Positions 26,090-32,625 of a stretch of 42,785 nucleotides of DNA are shown in pieces (the first letter of the stretch is position 1; each line of letters starts with the position of its first letter). The notes beneath the pieces are model-generated. The model saw only the letters and a program-made list of their open reading frames with translations, made no database searches and was not told the DNA's origin. Source of the DNA: a virus. Made by a program: the position numbers and the translations under genes. The stretch is taken from IMG/VR virus record IMGVR_UViG_3300030339_000091; one strand, given 5' to 3'.

Positions 26090-26227
26090 ATGAAATCAGA
26101 ACAACGCATTTTCAAAAATGAGCAACAAAAAGCAAAAGATCACAAAGATGAAGTATTTGTCGATTGGCTTGTAGTTAAGATTCTAATCTTATTAATTCTC
26201 TGTATTCTTTACTCTATTTTCAATTAA
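26090..26227 (+). CDS. Small tail-anchored TM ORF of 45 aa, not in the ORF track
   Basis: Hand-translated: MKSEQRIFKNEQQKAKDHKDEVFVDWLVVKILILLILCILYSIFN. Confidence 0.3.
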   Translation: MKSEQRIFKNEQQKAKDHKDEVFVDWLVVKILILLILCILYSIFN

Positions 26228-26238
26228 AATCTGATACC

Positions 26239-26922
26239 ATGGCACAACAAACAGTTACAGAAATGATAGCCACGGCAAGGCTAGAACACCAAAAGGAACT
26301 CAATAGACTTGCTCAGGTTCGGAAAATGATATCAATGGAAGATTTTAAAGAATTATTTATTGCCAGAGCGCAGCTCGCCATGGCCGATCGAAAGAAATTC
26401 ACTCCATTCATTATTGACGAGGACAACCGCAAAGTAATTAATATGATGTACATGTATGTCACACGTCAGAAGTGCGAACTAAATCCATTTATTGGAATCA
26501 TATTGAACGGTACCTGGGGTTGTGGAAAATCGGTATTAATTGAAACGCTTTGCATGGTTCTGAACGATTTGACTTGGAGCGATAAAAACAAGATCGAATC
26601 CGTTCATGCCATAGAACTTGCAGAGCAAATTAAAAAGGTAGGCGTAATTCCATACGCACACAAACCGCTATTGATTCAGGATTTAGGCAAAGAAAAAAAA
26701 GAAATCAACAACTTTGGTACAATTGTAAATCCTATCACAGAATTGCTGGCCATACGTGCCGAATATGGCGCAATGACTTACGGCTCCACGAATATGAGTT
26801 TGCCTTCATTTAAAGAAGCATACAAAGAATTTATATCGAAAAGAATTACAGAACACGTTAACCTGGTGTTTTTGCCTGGTAATGACAGACGACCTAACTA
26901 CTCAATTAATCAACCTAAATAA
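26239..26922 (+). CDS. DnaC/IstB-like AAA+ ATPase (replicative helicase loader candidate)
   Basis: Walker A GTWGCGKS. Walker B-like LLIQDLGKE. Confidence 0.6.
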   Translation: MAQQTVTEMIATARLEHQKELNRLAQVRKMISMEDFKELFIARAQLAMADRKKFTPFIIDEDNRKVINMMYMYVTRQKCELNPFIGIILNGTWGCGKSVLIETLCMVLNDLTWSDKNKIESVHAIELAEQIKKVGVIPYAHKPLLIQDLGKEKKEINNFGTIVNPITELLAIRAEYGAMTYGSTNMSLPSFKEAYKEFISKRITEHVNLVFLPGNDRRPNYSINQPK

Positions 26923-26923
26923 T

Positions 26924-27376
26924 ATGATACTAGGATATAAAAAATACACGCCATGGAAAGCATTTACTTGCTTTGCCGCCAAAATTATCGCAGGACAAAA
27001 AAAACACACCCTGCGGATTGACAAAAATAACCGGTGGATTCCCGGACGGAAAATTCAACACGCTCACGGAGTAAGAACCAAGCAATATGAGCAATTTGCA
27101 AGTGGAGAATGCAAATCAACTCAAAGAATAATTATTGAAGCAGCTGAGGAAGGTAACCATTTTGCATTTGGAGCTAACTATACTTATTACTATAAAAAAG
27201 GTAAAACTTTCAAGTTCAAGAATTTTAGAGTTAGAGTAGATGAAAAAATATTGGAATGGAAAGAAATCGTAACATTGGCGCACAACGATGGTTTCGAAAC
27301 AGCTGATGATTTCTTTCGATGGTTTTTCAAAGGTTTTAAGGGTAAAATTATTCACTTTACTGATTTAAGATACTAA
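26924..27376 (+). CDS. Hypothetical protein, possibly ASCH/PUA-like
   Basis: IIAGQKKHTLRIDKNNRW resembles the ASCH N-terminal strand motif. The resemblance is weak. Confidence 0.35.
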   Translation: MILGYKKYTPWKAFTCFAAKIIAGQKKHTLRIDKNNRWIPGRKIQHAHGVRTKQYEQFASGECKSTQRIIIEAAEEGNHFAFGANYTYYYKKGKTFKFKNFRVRVDEKILEWKEIVTLAHNDGFETADDFFRWFFKGFKGKIIHFTDLRY

Positions 27377-27426
27377 ACCAATTTTGATTTTTCTGAACTG
27401 ATCCTTAATTCTACATTTCCCCATTC

Positions 27427-28665
27427 ATGGCTAAGCATAATAAATTTACCGAAACCAAAGTTCCCGCCAGTTCCGGCGACAGAGTGAAAATTGTCGAAGA
27501 TTTTCTGACGGCACATTATGAAATTAAAATCAATATTTTCGACCCTAGCAAAACCATTATTGTTGCCAAAAATCCAGAATTATACGACAAAGAGCCTAGT
27601 GAGATGCTTATCTCGCTACACATGGAGCGCGAAAACATACGTGGGTGCGATACCATTCTCCGGAAGATTCTCAAGTCCGGCTATCATATCACTACTTTCA
27701 ATCCCGTAACTGAATATCTCAACTTACTTGAGGGAGCTTGGAAAGGCAAAAGCCACATAGAAAAGTTTTGCAGCTGCATTGTAGCGCGCGACTTTGGCGA
27801 CAAACCCGAAGGATATTACCAGGAACGTTTTGTGCGCATTCTCAAAAAATGGATGGTTGCCACCATTGCCAACGGACTAGGGATTAATGCCAACGATGCG
27901 CTTATCGGCTTTATCAACGCAAAAGAAGGAATCGGAAAAACCCGCATGATGCGATTTCTGGTACCACCGGCACTGAAAGCTTATTACGTGCAATCAAGCA
28001 AAGACGATCGGAAGTTTGACATGACAACGGCCTTTACGCAAAACTTCATTGTGGGGTTTGATGAACTTTACGGAATCACCAAAAATAATTCGGAAGAATT
28101 AAAACAGGTTCTTTCCGCACTTGAATACAGGCTATCTAAACGTGATACCAACGAAGTTCCCAGAATTGGCAGTGGAGCATTCACCACCAATAAAAACAAG
28201 GAGCTAGGCGGCTTTATTCACCCCTCAATGGGTTACCGCCGATGGGCATGCGTGGAAACTGAAGCAATAGACTGGAAAAAATACAATGCCGAGGTAGATA
28301 TTTTTCAAATGTGGGCTGAAGCAATGGTACTTTTCAAAAATTCCGATTTCGATTATGTGTGGAACGAGGACGATTTCAATGAATTCAAAGAGTACAATAC
28401 CCGCTATATCGTTGAAACAAACGCCAACAAGCTTGTAAAAGAATACTACAGAGTTCCGGAAGAAGACGAAGAATCAACACACATGCAGCCGCTTGAAATA
28501 CTTCAGGAACTTCGCAGAGCTCGCAAACTCAACAACTCCAACGGTGTGAATGTATCGGAGGTAACAATCGGGATGGCACTCTCAGCAATGGGCTTTGAGC
28601 ATAAAATGAAAAACGTTGGCGGAAATCGACGCTATGGATATCAGGTTATACAACTATTTGAATAA
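27427..28665 (+). CDS. VirE/VapE-like P-loop NTPase (primase-helicase-associated replication protein)
   Basis: Walker A AKEGIGKTRMMRFL. Walker B IVGFDEL. The 412-aa size and replication-module context fit. Confidence 0.6.
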   Translation: MAKHNKFTETKVPASSGDRVKIVEDFLTAHYEIKINIFDPSKTIIVAKNPELYDKEPSEMLISLHMERENIRGCDTILRKILKSGYHITTFNPVTEYLNLLEGAWKGKSHIEKFCSCIVARDFGDKPEGYYQERFVRILKKWMVATIANGLGINANDALIGFINAKEGIGKTRMMRFLVPPALKAYYVQSSKDDRKFDMTTAFTQNFIVGFDELYGITKNNSEELKQVLSALEYRLSKRDTNEVPRIGSGAFTTNKNKELGGFIHPSMGYRRWACVETEAIDWKKYNAEVDIFQMWAEAMVLFKNSDFDYVWNEDDFNEFKEYNTRYIVETNANKLVKEYYRVPEEDEESTHMQPLEILQELRRARKLNNSNGVNVSEVTIGMALSAMGFEHKMKNVGGNRRYGYQVIQLFE

Positions 28666-28688
28666 AAACAACTTAACAATTTAGCATT

Positions 28689-28988
28689 ATGAAATACAAT
28701 GAAATTGAATACAACGAAAAAGGATTAGTAAAATGCGAAGTTTGCGGACTGTATTTTCAACGGGTATCATGCCACGTAAACAAAGCACATGGAATGTCAG
28801 CCAGCGAGTACAAGGCAAAATTCGGGTTTAAGCAAGGAGAAGGTTTGTGTAGCGAGAAAAGTCGCCAAAAAACAAGCAAACAATCAAGTAGCCGATATAG
28901 AATGAATAAAGCTAGCTTGTTTATTGAAATGAGCAAAAAAACTAGATTTCCTAAAGGAATTTGTGGAAGAGTTTTTAAATGCGCCTAA
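28689..28988 (+). CDS. Ros/MucR-family zinc-finger transcriptional regulator
   Basis: CEVCGLYFQRVSCHVNKAHGMSASEYKAKFGF matches the MucR pattern C..C...........H....HG.s..eY..k.G. Confidence 0.6.
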   Translation: MKYNEIEYNEKGLVKCEVCGLYFQRVSCHVNKAHGMSASEYKAKFGFKQGEGLCSEKSRQKTSKQSSSRYRMNKASLFIEMSKKTRFPKGICGRVFKCA

Positions 28989-29072
28989 CGATAGATGTAT
29001 GTGTATTGCCCGTGTTTTCGGGCTGCACAACACTGTCAAATTATAATAAGGGCTACACATACATTAGTGTTA
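28986..29072 (+). repeat. attC-like imperfect palindrome E1 (87 nt)
   Basis: The 5' end is GCC-TAAC-GATAG-ATGTATGTGTA-TT-GCCC. The 3' end is GGGC-TACACATACAT-TAGT-GTTA. GCCTAAC equals the canonical integron inverse core RYYYAAC. The TAA is the stop codon of the MucR-like gene. Confidence 0.6.
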
Positions 29073-29110
29073 TGTTTAGTTTATTCTTTCTTTAATCAAA
29101 ATTCAAAAAT

Positions 29111-29347
29111 ATGGCAACAATAGCAATGATTCCAGCCGATAAACAAGGCAACAAAATTTTTATTAAAGATTTACGAGTTGACGAAAAACAACGAACATTC
29201 GTAAAATATAAATCAACTTACAATGATATGCCATTTATGGAAGTCGAATTGTACGGAGTAGATAATGGTCAAAACTGCGCTATTTGCGGAGACGATGGCA
29301 CAATCTTATATCGTTTCTCAACCGCATGGCTTTCTTCTTTAAATTAA
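29111..29347 (+). CDS. Cassette 1 ORF, hypothetical (78 aa)
   Basis: ATG ORF bounded by E1 and E2. Confidence 0.55.
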   Translation: MATIAMIPADKQGNKIFIKDLRVDEKQRTFVKYKSTYNDMPFMEVELYGVDNGQNCAICGDDGTILYRFSTAWLSSLN

Positions 29348-29350
29348 ACA

Positions 29351-29437
29351 TAACGACCGAGGCTATCGGCTTCATGGGCGTTCACAATCGCACACACTTT
29401 CGCAATGCTAATTAATGATGCCGATAGGCGTATGTTA
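29351..29437 (+). repeat. attC-like imperfect palindrome E2 (87 nt)
   Basis: TAAC-GACCGAGG-CTATCGGC ... GCCGATAG-GCGTAT-GTTA. Confidence 0.6.
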
Positions 29438-29490
29438 CCTGCAGGTGTATCTTATATTATTAAAAATCAATCAACTAATAAAATACTAAT

Positions 29491-29991
29491 ATGAAAACAA
29501 TTGAAGTATCAGACGAAATGTATTCCGCATTAATGGAAATTTCAAATGAATTAAACACGCAAAGCCATAGAGGAACGGCAATGCCTTACTTTTTTCAAGT
29601 TCAAACAGAACATGAAATTGCAGTACCCGAAGGAAATGGAACTGAAGCATGGTATCAGGACGGTGGAACTATTGAAACTGAAAAAGAAATAGTTGATACC
29701 ATATTTGATTATAAGTGCGGAAAAATGACAAAGAAAAAGATTAAAGAATTAGATTCTTATGACAAAGAAGAAATACTCGAAGACGCTGGGTGGAGAAAGG
29801 TTTATTATGATTATGAGAAAAGACTTGAAAACGCATTCTTCACTGAAAAAGCATGTGAAGATCATATAAAAATGAACAAACACAACCTTAATAAGCCACA
29901 TAGTTATTTAAACCACGCTTTTCGTAATCCTGAAATGGAATTAGTGTTAACTTTCCTATGTGAACTAAGTGGTGGAAAAATGCACAGATAA
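29491..29991 (+). CDS. Cassette 2 ORF, hypothetical (166 aa)
   Basis: ATG ORF bounded by E2 and E3. Confidence 0.6.
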   Translation: MKTIEVSDEMYSALMEISNELNTQSHRGTAMPYFFQVQTEHEIAVPEGNGTEAWYQDGGTIETEKEIVDTIFDYKCGKMTKKKIKELDSYDKEEILEDAGWRKVYYDYEKRLENAFFTEKACEDHIKMNKHNLNKPHSYLNHAFRNPEMELVLTFLCELSGGKMHR

Positions 29992-30023
29992 TCGAACCTG
30001 CACGGACTTTTTACACTTGCAGG

Positions 30024-30107
30024 TAACGTGTGGCTATGCCTGCACGGCTTGCACACATTGTCGGAGCGTAAATTACTTGTCAGCCGTGTATGGCATAGGT
30101 GATGTTA
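30024..30107 (+). repeat. attC-like imperfect palindrome E3 (84 nt)
   Basis: TAAC-GTGTGG-CTATGCC-TG-CACGGCT ... AGCCGTG-TAT-GGCATAG-GTGAT-GTTA. Confidence 0.6.
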
Positions 30108-30166
30108 GCAGCATGGCGGTTCTTAATTAAAAATTTCTCAAATATTAATATATAAAAATTACAAAA

Positions 30167-30514
30167 ATGAAAAACTTAGAAATCAACATTCAAGACGAAT
30201 GTGCAAAAATTCATCACCAATATGGTATGAGCGAAATGGCAAACTATCGAATCGAACAGCTTTTCGATAAAAAATTAAAAGAAAAAATGCGATGGATTCT
30301 AGTTGACGAAGAAGAGCCTATATGTGTATTGGAAGACGAAGGAATTAATTATTCAAAATACTTGGAAATAAAAGTAAAAGGCTACGAGCATCCGTTCATC
30401 GGTTATTATGTAAAAGCTAATGACGACCAATTCTTTGATTTTATTCATAAATCAGTTGACGAAGGAATAAAACAAGAAGACGTTACTCACTTTCGTTTTG
30501 TTGTAGAAGCCTAA
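30167..30514 (+). CDS. Cassette 3 ORF, hypothetical (115 aa)
   Basis: ATG ORF bounded by E3 and E4. Confidence 0.6.
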   Translation: MKNLEINIQDECAKIHHQYGMSEMANYRIEQLFDKKLKEKMRWILVDEEEPICVLEDEGINYSKYLEIKVKGYEHPFIGYYVKANDDQFFDFIHKSVDEGIKQEDVTHFRFVVEA

Positions 30515-30551
30515 TAGTACGCAGGCGGTTGATTTTTCTTCCGCTTGCTGC

Positions 30552-30681
30552 TAACGTATCGACAGTATGCTTTAGTAGCACATCTGCGGGCTACATACTG
30601 CCGAAAAACAAATTCCGCTAATGCGGGCAATTAACTTTCAATTAACCACAAAAGCGGGCTATTAAGCATACTGTAGTGTTA
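30552..30681 (+). repeat. attC-like imperfect palindrome E4 (130 nt)
   Basis: TAAC-GTATCGA-CAGTATGCTT ... AAGCATACTG-TAGT-GTTA, with a long variable centre. Confidence 0.6.
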
Positions 30682-30702
30682 GTAGCCGTTTATTCTTTCT
30701 TT

Positions 30703-31344
30703 ATGAATCCACAAGACATTGACATAATCGTAGGCTGTGAAGAATCACAAGCAATCACAATCGAATTTAGAAAACTCGGCTTTAATGCTTTTAGCTGCGA
30801 CTTACAAGAATGTTCGGGCGGACACCCCGAATGGCATTTACAAATGGACGTTTTAGAAGCTATTAAACTAAAGGAATGGAAACTTGGTATATTTCATCCC
30901 ACGTGTACGTTTTTAAGCCGTGCCGGAGCTCGTTGGCTTTATCAAAAAGGCGAAATAAACAAAGAACGGTACGAAAAGGGATTAAAAGCAAAACAGTTTT
31001 TTATGGAGCTTTATAATAGCGATATTGATTATTTGCTACTTGAAAACCCAACGCCTTTAAAAATTTACGATTTGCCAAAACCATCGCAATGGGTTGAACC
31101 GTGGCAGTTCGGACATCCTTTTTCAAAGAAAACATTATTTTGGCTCAAAGGATTACCGCCTTTAATGTCAACAAAAATAATGAGTGAATACAAACCTTTT
31201 CTGCCTTCAAATACTGGCGGTGCAAAAAGAGGTCAAAAAGCAACGTTTAGAAACATTAGTCAGAAGGATTCGAGTAAAACATTTTCGGGTATTGCACAAG
31301 CTATCGCAACGCAATACGGCTCTTTTCTTTTAAATGGCTACTAA
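30703..31344 (+). CDS. Cassette 4 ORF: C5-cytosine-methyltransferase-like protein
   Basis: IIVGCEESQA...FSCDL...IFHPTCTFLSRAG...LLLENP resembles MTase motifs I, IV (P-C) and VI (ENV). The ATG at 30703 is preferred over the GTG at 30676. The stop codon lies inside the next TAAC. Confidence 0.5.
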   Translation: MNPQDIDIIVGCEESQAITIEFRKLGFNAFSCDLQECSGGHPEWHLQMDVLEAIKLKEWKLGIFHPTCTFLSRAGARWLYQKGEINKERYEKGLKAKQFFMELYNSDIDYLLLENPTPLKIYDLPKPSQWVEPWQFGHPFSKKTLFWLKGLPPLMSTKIMSEYKPFLPSNTGGAKRGQKATFRNISQKDSSKTFSGIAQAIATQYGSFLLNGY

Positions 31345-31425
31345 CGTATTGCAGCTATGGTTTAGTGCCGGACTTAACGCACAAAAGGTCGGACGAGAGC
31401 AAATAGAGTATTTTTTTGTGCGTGG
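31342..31425 (+). repeat. Degenerate attC-like element E5
   Basis: Starts TAACG at 31342. A second TAACG lies at 31375. A 10-bp stem ACGCACAAAA/TTTTGTGCGT is present. The 3' GTTA is replaced by GTGG. Confidence 0.35.
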
Positions 31426-31443
31426 ATTTCTTAATTTTAAAAT

Positions 31444-32184
31444 ATGGATAAACAAACAATCGCAGTATGGTTTTCTTGTGGGGCTGCCAGTGCAGTAGCT
31501 GCAATGAAAACACTTGAAAAGTATGGACAAACCCACAATATACTTATCGTGAATAATCCAGTTATCGAAGAACATGAGGATAATAGACGTTTTTTAAAGG
31601 ACGTTGAAGAATGGTTACAGCATCCAATTATTGAAGCTAAAAACAAAGATTTTCCTAACTGCTCGATAGTTGAAGTTTTCGACAAACGAAAATACATGAG
31701 TGGCAATTTAGGCGCGCCCTGTACAATGCTTTTGAAAAAAGAAGCCCGTTATCAATTTGAACTAACGCATAAAATTGATTTTCATGTACTCGGATTTACA
31801 ATCGACGAATGGGAAAGGCAAAAGAACTTCAATGAGAGTGAAAGAGGTAACACAATTCCAGTACTTATAAGCGAACTCATAACTAAAGAAGATTGCTTTA
31901 AAATTCTTCGGAAAGCTAAAATAAAACTACCAGCTATTTACAGCATGGAATTTCCAAACGCTAATTGTATTGGCTGCGTAAAATCACAAAGCCCAACTTA
32001 TTGGAATTTAGTGAGGCGTGAGTTTCCTGATATTTTTGAGAAGCGAGCAGAACAAAGCAGACGTATAGGCTGCACACTGGTAAAGAGAAAAGGTAAACGA
32101 ATCTTTTTGGACCAACTAAAACCAACTGATAAAGGCGGTAAAATTAAAAGCTGGGAGTGTGGGATTTTTTGCGACACTAAATAA
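31444..32184 (+). CDS. PP-loop / PAPS-reductase-superfamily protein
   Basis: The N-terminal IAVWFSCGAASAVAA is a variant of the SGG.DS PP-loop. The C-terminal Cys pair (NCIGC) is typical of PAPS-reductase-like proteins. Confidence 0.5.
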   Translation: MDKQTIAVWFSCGAASAVAAMKTLEKYGQTHNILIVNNPVIEEHEDNRRFLKDVEEWLQHPIIEAKNKDFPNCSIVEVFDKRKYMSGNLGAPCTMLLKKEARYQFELTHKIDFHVLGFTIDEWERQKNFNESERGNTIPVLISELITKEDCFKILRKAKIKLPAIYSMEFPNANCIGCVKSQSPTYWNLVRREFPDIFEKRAEQSRRIGCTLVKRKGKRIFLDQLKPTDKGGKIKSWECGIFCDTK

Positions 32185-32286
32185 TAACGGCTTGAAAAGC
32201 CGAGAGCGTGGATAAAAAATACGGACACAATGAGCAACACTTTAATACGAGCGCAAAAACAAGGCATTAACCATAGGTGTGTGTTA
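32185..32286 (+). repeat. Degenerate attC-like element E6
   Basis: Starts TAACG immediately after the stop codon and ends GTGTGTGTTA. Its internal pairing is poor. Confidence 0.3.
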
Positions 32287-32339
32287 GCAGCATACCGCTT
32301 GTCTTTCGTATCAAAAAACTTTTTGCGGTTGCTGCTAAC
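32283..32339. repeat. ORF-less hairpin with cassette-type ends (GTTAGCAGCATACCGC - 26 nt - GCGGTTGCTGCTAAC)
   Basis: Arms of 15-16 nt read directly. The ends are near-identical to those flanking the cassette 3 ORF. Confidence 0.7.
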
Positions 32340-32391
32340 AATATTATATGTTTAATTCATATTTTGCAAACATTCGCAAAACTCTAAAATT

Positions 32392-32601
32392 ATGTCACTT
32401 ACACACAAACAAAAGATAAATCTACGCAAACTAGATAGAACTACTAAAATTGAAATTATGCAAGAGTTCGCAGATGAAATTATGACTATCGAACAATATA
32501 GTGAAGTGACAAAAATTCCACCACGAACAATTTACGCTAAATTTCACACGCCACAAATAGGTGGATTTGAATTGTGCGGGCATAAATTTACTTTTATATA
32601 A
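32392..32601 (+). CDS. Excisionase-like (HTH_17/AlpA-type) small DNA-binding protein
   Basis: TIEQYSEVTKIPPRTIYAKFHTPQIGGFELCGHKF resembles the Xis pattern ...s.rTiy......ip..kiGg...f. Confidence 0.45.
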   Translation: MSLTHKQKINLRKLDRTTKIEIMQEFADEIMTIEQYSEVTKIPPRTIYAKFHTPQIGGFELCGHKFTFI

Positions 32602-32625
32602 ATATCAACTTAACAACAAATTATC

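Noticed and set aside
28986-30681. E1-E4 as simple MITEs (miniature transposons with terminal inverted repeats)
   Set aside because: No target-site duplication is visible. The flanks switch pairing partner across the ORFs rather than being unrelated. No transposase is encoded. This is not fully excluded and remains an alternative in the main finding.
31342-31430. Possible tRNA or tRNA-like gene in the structured intergenic elements (e.g. ggtttagtg in E5)
   Set aside because: I could not build a cloverleaf. There is no GTTCRANYC T-loop, no D-arm/T-arm spacing and no acceptor pairing. I found no convincing tRNA anywhere in the window.
28986-32340. CRISPR array interpretation of the regularly spaced repeats
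   Set aside because: The repeats are 84-130 nt palindromes that share only their termini and short motifs, not identical 25-40 nt direct repeats. The spacers are 240-740 nt complete ORFs with start codons. No cas genes are present.
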